From Gemmatimonadales bacterium (lineage in GTDB: Bacteria > Gemmatimonadota > Gemmatimonadetes > Gemmatimonadales > GWC2-71-9): a stretch of 64,000 nt of DNA. The notes under the pieces are model-generated. The model worked only from the letters and a program-made list of their open reading frames with translations, was not told the DNA's origin and did not search any database. Both the position numbers and the translations under genes were made by a program. Below, piece by piece: positions 8,069-17,744 of the stretch (position 1 is the first letter of the stretch; every line of letters begins with the position of its first letter). The stretch lies in assembly GCA_036741715.1 (NCBI GenBank), contig DAINRR010000001.1, forward strand, positions 3,501 through 67,500. The letters run 5' to 3'.

Positions 8069-10478
8069 GGTCGTGGCCGCCGGGCGGCTCGTCCCGCACG
8101 ACCGCCGCGCCGCGGGCCGGGTCGAATCCGACCCGGATGATGCGATCGAACCCGTCGCGGACCGTGTCGATGTGCGTGATGAGAATGACCTGCGGGAACC
8201 GGTCGGCGAGCCCCCGGAGCAGCTCCACGACGGCCGCGCGGCGTTCCTCGTCGAGCGAACCGAAGATCTCGTCGAGCACGAGCAGCGAGAGCGGCTGGCC
8301 GGCCCGCTCGGCGATCATCTGACTGATCGCGAGCCGCAATGCCAGGTTCGCGATGTCCTCCTCGCCGCCGGAGATCACGGCCTTCGGGTCCCCCTCGTCG
8401 AGCAGCGTGGCCATGTAGTCCTCGTCGAGCTCGAGCTCCGTATAACGGCCATTCGTGAGATCCCGCACGAACGCGGAGGCGATCTCCGAGAGCTCCGGCC
8501 GGAGCGTCTGATTGAGGTCGGTGCGGAGGTCGGTGAGCGCGCGGTCGAGCTCCTGGTGCAGCGCCACCTCACGCGCCAGCTCGTCCGCCTCGCGCCGGCG
8601 CGCGGCGATTTCCTCGGCGCGACGCACGAACGCCGCCACGGCCTCGACCGCCGACCCGAGCTCGCTCCGCGCGCGGACGAGCCCCACTTCGGCCGCGCGA
8701 CGCGTGCGGTCCCCCTCCTGTTCCTCGCGTCGCAACGTCTGGTACGCCTCGTCGCTCACCGCGATCCGCGCGCGCTCGGACCGGATCGCATCGGCGCGTG
8801 CGGCCGCCTCCGCGATGCTCCCTTCCGCCGCGGCGACATTCGCCGCGAGCTCGCCCGCGCGCGCGGCGGCGTCGCGCAGGCGCTCGGCCCTGAGGGAAAC
8901 GGGCTCGAGCGCGCTCATCTCGCGCCGTACGAGCTCATGGCGCGCGGCATCGTACGCCGCCGCCTCGGCGCCGGCGAGCGCTTCGATGTCTCCCAGCCGC
9001 TTCTCGAGTGGCGGGCGCGCGGCGACGAGCCCGGCTCGCTCGGCCGCCTGGGCCTCGACGCGACCCTGGGCCGAGACGAGGTCGTTGAGCTCCTGCTCGA
9101 TGCGGATTCGCTCGCCCTCGGCGGCATCGAGCTCGGGCGGCTCCACCTCGAGCTGGGCGACGCGCTGCTTGTAGTACTTCCCGTTGCCCAGGACGGCCTC
9201 CACCTGCCGGTCGAGCACGCCGAGCACGTTCTCGAACTCCCGGCCGAGCGGGCGGGCGCAGGTGGGACATGCGCCTTCGACGCCCGCCTCGACGATGCGC
9301 TGGCGCTGGTCCTTCAGCTCCTGGTACTGGTCCCTGAGGTGCTGGTGCCTGCTGGCTGCATCCTGCTTGTCGCGCACCCACGCGGTCCGCAGCTCATCGG
9401 CCCGGAGCGCTGCCGCCGCGAGGCGAGCGCGCACTTCGTTCGTGCGCGACTTCGCCTCGGCGACCGCCTTCGCATCGGGGAGCGCAGCCACGCGGGCGTC
9501 GAGCTCGGCGAGCCGGCCGCGCACCTCCTCGAGCTGTGCCACGGCCCCGCGGTGCGCCGCATGCGCCGCGGCCGCCTTGTCGAGGCCGGCGCACTCTTCC
9601 CTGAGCCCGGCGAGCGGTCCGAGCCGCGCCTCGAGCGTCGAGAGTTCGGCACGCGCGGCCTCGGCGGCCGTGGCCTGCCGCCCGAGCTCGGCCGCGCGCT
9701 CGCGCGCCGCCGTCAGCTGACTGTCCGCGACGCGCAGGTCCGCGTCGAGGGCGGCAGCCCGCTCCCGCTCGAGCTGCATGGCGTCCCAGCGGGGACGCAG
9801 CTCTGCGTAGGCGGCGTCGGCCATGCGCGCCCGCTCTTCGGCCTCGGTCGCCGTCCTCGAAGCCTCGCGCTCGCGCTCTCGCGCGCGCGTTTCCTCCGCG
9901 GTCAGCACCTCGGGATCGGGGAGGGAGGACTGGAGCGCCGAGAGCCGCGCGCGCATCGAGGTCCGGCGATCCTTGAGCCGCTCCTGGGCGGCGCGGATCT
10001 TTTCGTAGCCGAGGACCCGGGAGAGGAACTGCGCCCGCTCCGGCGCCGACATCGACGCCATCACGGCGAGTTCCTTCTGGCCCGTGAAGTACGTATTGAA
10101 GAATTCGTCGCGCGTCATGCCGAGCAGGCGCGTGATGCGCTCGGTGACGGCCTCGAGGCTGTTCGCGATCGGCGTCGCCCCGCCGTCCTGGTAGAGCTCG
10201 GCGCTGTTGAGTCCGCGAACGACGCGATACGCATGTGCGCCGAGCGTGAACTCCATTTCCACTTCCACCCGGCAGCGCGGCGGCGCGCCGCGCCGCCGAA
10301 TCGTGTCCCGGCTCCCCCGTGCCGCCTTCATGCCGTACATCACCCACGCGATCGCCTCGAGCAGCGTCGTCTTCCCGGCCCCGTTCGGCCCGATGATGCC
10401 GGTGAGGCCGGCGCCGAGCACGAGCTCGGTCTCCTCGTGCTGGCGGAAATTGCAGAGGCGGAGCCGGGTGATCCGCAT
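8058..10478 (-). CDS. sbcC: SbcC/Rad50-type SMC-like ATPase (DSB repair exonuclease subunit)
   Basis: An internal ATG at 10478 gives MRITRLRLCNFRQHEETELVLGAGLTGIIGPNGAGKTTLLEAI (Walker A). There are long Ala/Glu/Arg coiled coils and a zinc hook, EGACPTCARPLG. The C-terminus carries the signature and Walker B (ISGGEEDIANLALRLA...LLVLDEIFGSLD). The ATG overlaps the sbcD stop (TGATG). Confidence 0.9.
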   Translation of the reverse strand: MRITRLRLCNFRQHEETELVLGAGLTGIIGPNGAGKTTLLEAIAWVMYGMKAARGSRDTIRRRGAPPRCRVEVEMEFTLGAHAYRVVRGLNSAELYQDGGATPIANSLEAVTERITRLLGMTRDEFFNTYFTGQKELAVMASMSAPERAQFLSRVLGYEKIRAAQERLKDRRTSMRARLSALQSSLPDPEVLTAEETRAREREREASRTATEAEERARMADAAYAELRPRWDAMQLERERAAALDADLRVADSQLTAARERAAELGRQATAAEAARAELSTLEARLGPLAGLREECAGLDKAAAAHAAHRGAVAQLEEVRGRLAELDARVAALPDAKAVAEAKSRTNEVRARLAAAALRADELRTAWVRDKQDAASRHQHLRDQYQELKDQRQRIVEAGVEGACPTCARPLGREFENVLGVLDRQVEAVLGNGKYYKQRVAQLEVEPPELDAAEGERIRIEQELNDLVSAQGRVEAQAAERAGLVAARPPLEKRLGDIEALAGAEAAAYDAARHELVRREMSALEPVSLRAERLRDAAARAGELAANVAAAEGSIAEAAARADAIRSERARIAVSDEAYQTLRREEQEGDRTRRAAEVGLVRARSELGSAVEAVAAFVRRAEEIAARRREADELAREVALHQELDRALTDLRTDLNQTLRPELSEIASAFVRDLTNGRYTELELDEDYMATLLDEGDPKAVISGGEEDIANLALRLAISQMIAERAGQPLSLLVLDEIFGSLDEERRAAVVELLRGLADRFPQVILITHIDTVRDGFDRIIRVGFDPARGAAVVRDEPPGGHDLAA

Positions 10479-11653
10479 CAGTCGCCCTGATCCGCGTTCA
10501 CGGACTCGACGAGATCGGTGCCGAGCGCCACGAACCGCTCGCGATCGATCCCGGCGGGGAGCGGCCGGTGCGCCAGGTACTCCCGGACGATCTCGGGCAA
10601 CGTCCGCCGGCGCCCGGGTGCACCGACGCCGACCTGCCGGCTGAGCTCCGGGCGCCGGATATCGAGGTGAAAATGGAGCGCCTCCGAGCGAAGCGCGCGG
10701 ATGGCGACGTGGTCGAGCTCGCGCGCCACGTGTCGGGGGACGTTCCGCACCACGAGCCGGACGATCTGGTCGCCGATTCCGCCATCGACCGCTGCGACGC
10801 GTGCGGCGATGTCCGCGTCGAGCTCGGCGGCCGAGCGGCCCGCACCCTCGAGCGGCTCGAGGTCGAGGATCCGGCGCACCCGGGTGACCGGTTGCGGCGT
10901 GACCGTCCCGCTGTCGAGGTCCGCGAGCAGCCATCCCTTTCCGGCGAGTCGCCGCTCCTGCTCCTCGGCGAGCTCGCCCCAGATGTTGGTGCTCACGTAC
11001 TCGAGCGCGCCCGCATACCAGGCGCGAGGCGCGATCTCGTGCTGTACGTGATAGTGACCGAAGGCGACGTAGCTCCATTCGGCCGCGCCGAGCTCGGCAG
11101 CGGTGATCGGCGCCCCGCCATACTCGGCGAACGACCGCTCCCCCGGGAGCACGCCCTCCATGTCGCCGTGGATCACGAGGACCTGGTAGCGCTCGTTCCC
11201 TTCCGGTCGCAGCGCGGGCCGCGGATCGGTCACGAGCACATCGTGGGGCACGGCGAAGATGCTGAGATCGAGTGCCGGCCAGGTGAGCCGGCGTGCTTCA
11301 CCCGCGGCGACGCTGACGCCGAGCTCCTCGAAGAGACGCAGGATGGAGCCGGTCTCGACCGAGCGCGGCGTGTCGTGGTTGCCGGCGATGAGGACGACGG
11401 GCACATCGGGGAGTGCCTCGCGTAGCCGCTGGAACTGGCGGAAGGCAAAGACGATCGCGGCGTTGGTGGGTCGGACGGAGTGGAAGAGGTCGCCCGCGAT
11501 CACCACGGCATCGGGGCGCGCCGCGATGACGCCATCGATGGCCGCGCGAAACGCATTCGCGACGTCGGCTTCGCGCTGGTTGATGCCGCCGGAGGTCTGC
11601 CGATGATACTGCCGGATCCCGAGGTGGGGATCGGCGAGGTGAGCGATCTTCAC
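10478..11653 (-). CDS. sbcD: SbcD/Mre11-type calcineurin-like phosphoesterase nuclease
   Basis: Motifs are VKIAHLADPHLG, VVIAGDLFH, LIAGNHD, VLVIHGD and FGHYH. I prefer the GTG at 11653 because family members start at M-K-I-x-H. The tracked ORF start at 11728 (also GTG) is the alternative. Confidence 0.88.
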   Translation of the reverse strand: MKIAHLADPHLGIRQYHRQTSGGINQREADVANAFRAAIDGVIAARPDAVVIAGDLFHSVRPTNAAIVFAFRQFQRLREALPDVPVVLIAGNHDTPRSVETGSILRLFEELGVSVAAGEARRLTWPALDLSIFAVPHDVLVTDPRPALRPEGNERYQVLVIHGDMEGVLPGERSFAEYGGAPITAAELGAAEWSYVAFGHYHVQHEIAPRAWYAGALEYVSTNIWGELAEEQERRLAGKGWLLADLDSGTVTPQPVTRVRRILDLEPLEGAGRSAAELDADIAARVAAVDGGIGDQIVRLVVRNVPRHVARELDHVAIRALRSEALHFHLDIRRPELSRQVGVGAPGRRRTLPEIVREYLAHRPLPAGIDRERFVALGTDLVESVNADQGD

Positions 11654-11776
11654 GCGGTGGAGAATGACCGCCCCGGAGCCCAAGGGCAAGACCGTGCGAC
11701 TGCCGCACTTCGGCACGGTTCCGCCCACCCATGGCCGGGATCGCCACCGGCGTATTAATAGAGGAAAGGGGGCCGG

Positions 11777-13714
11777 TCAGGGACCGTACGGGTCCTCGGG
11801 CGCGGCGACGGCCGGAATGCCCCGGCGGGGTGAGGCGAGTCGCTCCGCCTCGACGCGGCGCCCGAGCACGGAGACGAAAAAGGCGAACGGATCGTCCGGC
11901 CGGCTGCGGCGCGTCGCCGCGAGCGCGCGGCGCACGTCGTCCTCGCGGCGCCCCTCGACTGCCAGCCGAACGGCGTCGGCCCTGACGCGCCTGTCGAGGC
12001 CGCGGAGCTGTCGCGCCACGGCATCGGGGAACGGCAGTTCGGCGGCCGGGGGAAAGCGCTCGACCCCTTCCCGCCCGGTCATCACGGCCGGCCGCGGAAA
12101 CCGGACGAAGATCGGCTGCGTGAAGTGGGGATGGCGCAGCATCAGCTCGCCCTTCGGCAGGGTGGCGAGCTTGATCTTCGTGGCGGGCGACAGCGTCGAA
12201 TACTGCGGCGTCGCGAGCTCATCCATGTCCATCCGCCCGAACACCGATGTCCCCGCATTGCCGACCACCCGCCGCTGGACCTGCGAGCGGAACTGCTGGG
12301 CCGAGAACAGCACGAGGCCCAGGTAGCGTCCGCGCTCGGAGAGATCGAGCAGCATCTTCCGGACGTAGGTATCGGGCCCGTCGGCGGGCGCGTACTTGTT
12401 GAGCTCGTCCACGAAGACCACGACATGGTCCACACCGAGGTCGCGACGCTCGAGGTGCTCGCGAAGCTTCGAGACCACGCGCGCGAAGACGAGGTCCTGG
12501 GCGAGTGGGTCGAGCCCGGCCACGTCGATCACCTGCACGCTCCGGTCGCAGAAGGTGCCCCATGGGAGGTCGTTGACGCCGCCGTCGTCGGTGACGAGAC
12601 CTTTCGATCGCGTGCTGATGTTGCTGAGGCGGTTCCGCACCTTGCGGATCGTGGCGACGTGGTGCGTGCGCCAGACTTCCCCGCCCTTGCCGAGCGCCTC
12701 CATGAAGTCGAAGATGGCGCGGAAGAACTCGTCGAGATCGGCGAAGCTCTGGACCTGGAACGCCTTGTTCCGGAGCGAGGGATCGTAGAACTCGCGGCCG
12801 ACCACGCGCTCGGCGAGGAAATCGATGAACGCATCCGCCTTCGCGTCCACGTCGTCCTTGTTCATCACGACTTCGGCGAAGTCGAGCACCTCGCGCAGGC
12901 CCCAGACGAGCGGCTCGGTGTTGTCTGCCAGCGCTTCGTTGGTGCGGAGGGTGTTGAGGTTGACGCCGTCGGGACGGAAGGGAGCGAAGTAGCGGACGTC
13001 CGGAAACGGCGCCGCCGCGAGGCCCATCCGTTCATAGAGGCCCTGGTCGACCGGTCCGAGCGCTGCGGGCTGGTCGAGGAAGCAGAGGTCCGGCCCCTTC
13101 ACGTTGAAGCAGACCGCCGCGACGCTTCCCTTGTGGGCGGGAAAAGTCTGGAAGATGCTCGTGAGGAGGAACTCGACTGCGCTCGTCTTCGTCGCCAGGC
13201 CCGAGACGCCGGAAATGTTGAGGTGTGCGGCTTCGGGCCCGAGGAGGAAATCGCAATCGAGCGAAACCGGCGACTCGAGGCCGCCTGCCGCGTACACGCC
13301 CACCGGAATGCCGGTCGCGCGCTCTCCGACCGTGTATCCCTCCATTCGAAGCGCCAGCGCCACATCCTGATCGGTGGCGAGGTACACCTGGCCGATCGGG
13401 ACCGGCTGCAATGGCTCGGCCGGCTCCTGGCGCAGCACCGACGCGAGATAGAGCCGGATCTCCGATCGGGCCGACGGGGCCGGCGGCGCCGCGGGATCGC
13501 CGTCGGCCCCGAGCACGTCCATCATCGGCGTCGTGAGATCGGAGTACGCCGACCCGTCGGTGACGACGCCGTAGACGGTGCGGTCCCCGGCGCTCACGCG
13601 CACGATCGCACCGATGCCGACGGCACTCTCCCGCGCCGTCCAGAAGTAGAACTGGTGCGGCGTCGACGGCTTGAGCTCCGTCGCCACGACACGACCGATC
13701 GCGCCTTGCGTCAC
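11777..13714 (-). CDS. herA: HerA-like (FtsK/HerA superfamily, DUF87-type) hexameric ATPase/helicase
   Basis: The N-terminal HAS-barrel-like region is AIGRVVATELKPSTPHQFYFWTARE...IVRV. The P-loop region is ISGVSGLATKTSAVEFLL. Walker B is HVVVFVDELNKYAP. GTG at 13714 has AGGA 5 nt upstream and lies 8 nt after the nurA stop. The tracked start at 13792 would overlap nurA by 68 nt. Confidence 0.8.
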   Translation of the reverse strand: MTQGAIGRVVATELKPSTPHQFYFWTARESAVGIGAIVRVSAGDRTVYGVVTDGSAYSDLTTPMMDVLGADGDPAAPPAPSARSEIRLYLASVLRQEPAEPLQPVPIGQVYLATDQDVALALRMEGYTVGERATGIPVGVYAAGGLESPVSLDCDFLLGPEAAHLNISGVSGLATKTSAVEFLLTSIFQTFPAHKGSVAAVCFNVKGPDLCFLDQPAALGPVDQGLYERMGLAAAPFPDVRYFAPFRPDGVNLNTLRTNEALADNTEPLVWGLREVLDFAEVVMNKDDVDAKADAFIDFLAERVVGREFYDPSLRNKAFQVQSFADLDEFFRAIFDFMEALGKGGEVWRTHHVATIRKVRNRLSNISTRSKGLVTDDGGVNDLPWGTFCDRSVQVIDVAGLDPLAQDLVFARVVSKLREHLERRDLGVDHVVVFVDELNKYAPADGPDTYVRKMLLDLSERGRYLGLVLFSAQQFRSQVQRRVVGNAGTSVFGRMDMDELATPQYSTLSPATKIKLATLPKGELMLRHPHFTQPIFVRFPRPAVMTGREGVERFPPAAELPFPDAVARQLRGLDRRVRADAVRLAVEGRREDDVRRALAATRRSRPDDPFAFFVSVLGRRVEAERLASPRRGIPAVAAPEDPYGP

Positions 13715-13724
13715 TGAGATCCTG

Positions 13725-14636
13725 TCATTCCGCGCGGAGGAACTGCTGCACGGTGTGGGTGCCGTAGAGGAGGCGGTCCCATTGCGGCCCACCGCTCACG
13801 GGGAGTCGCTCGGCGAGGACCCCGCGCGCGATGCGGTCGGCACGCAGCGGCTCGCCATTGATCGGGGCGACTTCGACCCGCACGAGCCCGTGGAAGAGAT
13901 CGCGATCCTCCCACGGCCAGAGCCGGAGTCCCCACGCCACCACGGGGCGATAGCCCGGCGTCGGCTCGAACAGACTGGTCCGGCTCCCGTTCGGAAGCCG
14001 CAGATAGCGCTCGAGATCCGCGCCGTCGAAGTGAAGCGTCGCGTGGCCCTTCACGATCCCGATCGCGCGAGGGTCCTCGGCCAGTGAGGGACTGCCGCTG
14101 AGGGAGCCGTCGATGATGAGCCAGCCGTCGGTCATGCGGCGAAAGCTGTCGGCGGCCGCCAGCTCGAGGTTGCCGCGAACCCGGTCGATGGCGCGGCGCA
14201 CCTCGGCGAGATCACGAAACGGATGCGCCGTCCCGTCGGGCAGCTCGAGCTCCTCGACGCCGTCGGGCGGGCCACCGGCGGCGTCGATCGCGCTCCGGCG
14301 CCCGACCAGGTACGCCTGTCGCTCGCGCACCACCGTCTTGAAGGTGCCACCGGCGCGCTCGCGCACCGCCGCTCTCACCTCCGCGAGCGCGAGCGGCGCC
14401 GATCCGGCATAGCCGAGCACCTCCATGCGCTGCGCGCCGTCGAGGAAGGCGACCGGCTCGTCGAACGCCACCGGCTCGCCCAGCGCGTGCCAGCCGAGCG
14501 CGGCACCCTCGAACAGACGTGCCGGCTTGATCGACGCCTCCGAGTCGGCCGCAAACGACGCAGGCAGTCCGCCCGCAGGCGCGAGGCCAGCGGCGGCAAG
14601 CTGCTTTCGGCACCGCATCGCGAGTGTGGTGAACAT
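13725..14636 (-). CDS. nurA: NurA-domain 5'-3' nuclease
   Basis: Tracked ORF of 303 aa. It has a NurA-type catalytic Asp context (GWLIIDGSLSG), sits directly upstream of herA, and its size and architecture fit NurA. Confidence 0.7.
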   Translation of the reverse strand: MFTTLAMRCRKQLAAAGLAPAGGLPASFAADSEASIKPARLFEGAALGWHALGEPVAFDEPVAFLDGAQRMEVLGYAGSAPLALAEVRAAVRERAGGTFKTVVRERQAYLVGRRSAIDAAGGPPDGVEELELPDGTAHPFRDLAEVRRAIDRVRGNLELAAADSFRRMTDGWLIIDGSLSGSPSLAEDPRAIGIVKGHATLHFDGADLERYLRLPNGSRTSLFEPTPGYRPVVAWGLRLWPWEDRDLFHGLVRVEVAPINGEPLRADRIARGVLAERLPVSGGPQWDRLLYGTHTVQQFLRAE

Positions 14637-14758
14637 CGAAAGTCAGCGCGGGAGGAGGCGCGCGGCGAGTTGCCGGATAGCCGTGATGACGCTCACAGAC
14701 AGGAAGGTAGCCGACCGGACACACTGCGCAAACGGAATACCGCGACCCCGGAGCGCGC

Positions 14759-15856
14759 GTGCACGAGCGAAATGATCGACGGCCGGTCCTCATCACCGGC
14801 GGCGCCGGCTTCATCGGAACGAACCTGGCGCATCGCCTGCTCTCGGACGGGCGTCGCGTCGTGATCTTCGACAACTTTTCGCGCCCCGGCGTCAAGCATA
14901 ATCTCCGCGCCCTCCGCACGGCACACGGAGACGACACCCAGGTCCTCGCCGCCGACGTGCGCGACGAGCTCGCGCTCGGCCGCGCGGTGGCCGACTGTGC
15001 CACGGTGTACCACCTCGCGTCCCAGCCCTTCGCCGATCCGGGGACGCACGACCCGGTCGGCCAGTTCGAGACGAACGCCCGCGGCACGCTCAACCTGCTC
15101 GAGGCCATCCGACTGGCCCCGAATCCGCCCACTCTGATTCATGCGTCCACGAGCCGCGTCTACGGGCCGCTCGAAGACGTCGCGCTGCGCGCGGCCGGAG
15201 ACCGGTACGAGCCGGAGGATCCGGTGCTCCTCCGGTCGGGGATCTCGGAGACGCACCCGCTCGATTTCTACGGGCCCAGCGGGTGCTCGAAGGGCGCGGG
15301 CGAGCAGTACGTGCTCGATTACGCCCGCAACTTCGGCCTGCCGGCAGTCGTTCTCCGGCTCAGCTGCGTCTACGGCCCGTACCAGACCGGTGCCCCGGGC
15401 CGCGGCTGGGTCGCCGAGTGCCTCGAGCGCGCCCTGCGCGGAAAGCCGGTCACGGTGTATGGCGACGGCCGGCAGGTCCGCGACCTTCTCTACGTCGACG
15501 ACGCGGTCGGGGCGATGATCCTGGCGGAAGAGAAGATCGGGATCCTGCGGGGGCGCGCCTTCAACATCGGGGGAGGTCCGGAGCGGACGCTGAGCCCGCG
15601 TGAGCTGGTGCCGCTCATCGCCGGCCTCTCGGGTGAGCCCCCGCGGGTGCAGTACGAGCAGTGGAGGCCTGCCGACCAGCGGTACTACGTCTCCGATTCG
15701 TCGCTCTTCGCCACGCTCGCCGGCTGGCAGCCGACGACGGCCGTTCGAACCGGGGTGGAGTTGCTGTACCGGTGGATGCGCGAGGCGGCGGGATCGGTGC
15801 TCGAATCCGAGCGGTCGGTGCTGCTGGCGCTCGCAGGGTCGGACGCGCGCGGCTGA
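14759..15856 (+). CDS. NAD-dependent epimerase/dehydratase (extended SDR; CDP-paratose-2-epimerase-like)
   Basis: Tracked ORF of 365 aa with a GTG start. Rossmann motif is VLITGGAGFIGTNLAHRLL. The active-site region is YGPSGCSKGAGEQYVLDY. Confidence 0.85.
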   Translation: MHERNDRRPVLITGGAGFIGTNLAHRLLSDGRRVVIFDNFSRPGVKHNLRALRTAHGDDTQVLAADVRDELALGRAVADCATVYHLASQPFADPGTHDPVGQFETNARGTLNLLEAIRLAPNPPTLIHASTSRVYGPLEDVALRAAGDRYEPEDPVLLRSGISETHPLDFYGPSGCSKGAGEQYVLDYARNFGLPAVVLRLSCVYGPYQTGAPGRGWVAECLERALRGKPVTVYGDGRQVRDLLYVDDAVGAMILAEEKIGILRGRAFNIGGGPERTLSPRELVPLIAGLSGEPPRVQYEQWRPADQRYYVSDSSLFATLAGWQPTTAVRTGVELLYRWMREAAGSVLESERSVLLALAGSDARG

Positions 15857-15868
15857 GCGTCCGGAGGG

Positions 15869-16378
15869 TCAGTCGTCGTCGAACTCCGGAAACTGCGGAA
15901 CGCCCGTGAGCCAGAAGCCGGCGAGGACACCCTGCTCGTCCACCTCGATGTAGAGATGGTCGGCCGCACGGATCACCTCGACCTGCCGCTCGGAGCCGAT
16001 GCGCAGGTGGAAGACGCTCTCCGACGCATCCGTCCTGACGCTCAGCGCCGTATCCACCTCCATCGACGAGATGCCCGGCTTCGACGGCCGCTTGGCCACG
16101 ACCACGCGCCCCTCCGTGAGCTGCGCCGGCACCGCGAGGCTCGGCGCGGTGGCCACCTCGGGCCAGACGACGATGTCGATGCCGCAGATGACGCCGTCCG
16201 CGACGTCGAGCACCGCCACCGATCCCTGTTCGTCGCTCAGCTCCACCGACCCGGTGAGCCCGCCGACCTTGCGGCTCGCCTTGAAGGCTCCGGAGAGGAT
16301 GTCGGTCTCCGGATCCCAGCGCCACGCGATGGTGGGGAGCTTGCCGCCGAGCGGCTCGATATGGGCGTCGATGCTCAC
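15869..16378 (-). CDS. Hypothetical protein (169 aa)
   Basis: GTG at 16378 is preceded by GGAGG and overlaps the aminotransferase stop (GTGA). The product (VSIDAHIEPLGGKLPTIAWRWDPETDILSG...) has balanced, non-shadow composition. The remainder of tracked ORF 15869..17272 is Arg/Gly-rich noise antisense to the aminotransferase frame. Confidence 0.6.
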   Translation of the reverse strand: MSIDAHIEPLGGKLPTIAWRWDPETDILSGAFKASRKVGGLTGSVELSDEQGSVAVLDVADGVICGIDIVVWPEVATAPSLAVPAQLTEGRVVVAKRPSKPGISSMEVDTALSVRTDASESVFHLRIGSERQVEVIRAADHLYIEVDEQGVLAGFWLTGVPQFPEFDDD

Positions 16379-17598
16379 GAGCGTGCCTCCGCCGCCGGAA
16401 CGGCTGCCAGGCGATCGATGAATCGGAAGAGCCGGTCGAGCGCCGTCTCCAGCACCTTGTCGGCGACCGAATACGTCATGCGCACCCACCGATCGTCGCC
16501 GAACGCCGAGCCCGGCACGAGGGCCACGCCCTCCTCCTGCATGAGGAGATCGCAGAACTTCGCGCCGCCCATCGGCGAGCCCTCGACGATGCCGTCCACG
16601 CGGAAGAAGAAGTAGAAGGCCCCGTGCGGCTCGACGAACTCGATCCCGGGCGCGGCCGACCGGAATCGGCCGACGATGTAGTCCCGGCGCCGGCGGAACG
16701 CCGCGACCATCCGCTCGAGATCGGCCTCGACGCGCTCGTCGCTGTAGGCAGCGGCGGCGGCCCACTGTGCCGGATGATTCGCGCCGGTGGTCGTATGCGA
16801 CTGGAGCGCCGCGATCGCCTTGGCCAGATGCGGCGGGGCGAGCGCCGCGCCGATCCGCCAGCCGGTCATCGCGTACGCCTTGCTGGCGCCGGCGATGACC
16901 ACCACGCGCTCGAGCAGCTCGTCGGGAAGGTCCAGCACCGACGGCGCCGGTCCGGGCCCATAGTAGATGCGCCGGTAGATCTCGTCGGAAATGATCCACA
17001 CATCGTGCTTCCGCGCCCACTCGGCGATGGCGCGCAGCTCGGCCAGCGTGTAGACCGAGCCCGTCGGATTGGACGGGGAGCAGAGAATCAGCCCCTTCGT
17101 GAGCTTCGAGTAGGCGCGGTCGAGGTCCCGTACGCTGACCTTGAGCCCCCACTCGATGTCTCCCGGCACGAGCACCGGCTCCGCGCGGCAGAGATGAATG
17201 ATCTGCGGATAGGAGACCCACGCAGGCGCCGGGATGAGCACGCGGTCGTGCGGACCGAAGAGCGCGAAGCACGTATTGAAGAGCGACTGCTTCGAGCCGG
17301 AGCTGATGACGATGTTGTCGGCATTGACCGGGCGGCCGCCGGAGAGCATCGACAGCTGGCGGGCGATCGCGGTGCGAAGCTCGGCGATGCCGGCATTCGG
17401 CGGGTAGCGGGTGAGGCCCTTCTGGATCGCCTGGATGCCCGCCTGCGCGACCACCGCGGGCGTATCGAAGTCCGGTTCACCGACGCTCAGGTCGTAGACA
17501 TCCTCGCCCGCGGCCTTCCGGCGCTTCGCCTCGTTGCTGATCGTGATCGTTTCGGAGGCCTTGAGGTGCTGGATGTTCAGCGACAGCGGGTCTGGCAT
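16375..17598 (-). CDS. Class I/II pyridoxal-phosphate aminotransferase (aspartate aminotransferase-like)
   Basis: An internal ATG at 17598 (MPDPLSLNIQHLKASETITIS...) gives the product. Motifs are LSVGEPDFDTP, NPTGSVY and the PLP-lysine motif GASKAYAMTGWRIG. Confidence 0.9.
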   Translation of the reverse strand: MPDPLSLNIQHLKASETITISNEAKRRKAAGEDVYDLSVGEPDFDTPAVVAQAGIQAIQKGLTRYPPNAGIAELRTAIARQLSMLSGGRPVNADNIVISSGSKQSLFNTCFALFGPHDRVLIPAPAWVSYPQIIHLCRAEPVLVPGDIEWGLKVSVRDLDRAYSKLTKGLILCSPSNPTGSVYTLAELRAIAEWARKHDVWIISDEIYRRIYYGPGPAPSVLDLPDELLERVVVIAGASKAYAMTGWRIGAALAPPHLAKAIAALQSHTTTGANHPAQWAAAAAYSDERVEADLERMVAAFRRRRDYIVGRFRSAAPGIEFVEPHGAFYFFFRVDGIVEGSPMGGAKFCDLLMQEEGVALVPGSAFGDDRWVRMTYSVADKVLETALDRLFRFIDRLAAVPAAEARS

Positions 17599-17744
17599 GC
17601 GCGGTCCGGGAGAGTGGGAGAGGGCGACTGCGGAATTCTCCCAAGTGGGCCGGGGGAAGTCAACCGCCGACGGGCTCCACACGCGGTCCCGACCGGGCTA
17701 AGTTTGGCGCTCTTCCGCAACGCTATTTGAGAATCGAGGGCATC

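Noticed and set aside
14637-14758. I searched for an SOS/LexA-type operator in the divergent nurA / epimerase promoter region. The candidate was GTGAGCGTCATCAC on the minus strand.
   Set aside because: Only the outer 4 bp are palindromic. It matches neither CTGT-N8-ACAG nor CGAAC-N4-GTTCG. There is no basis to call it an operator.
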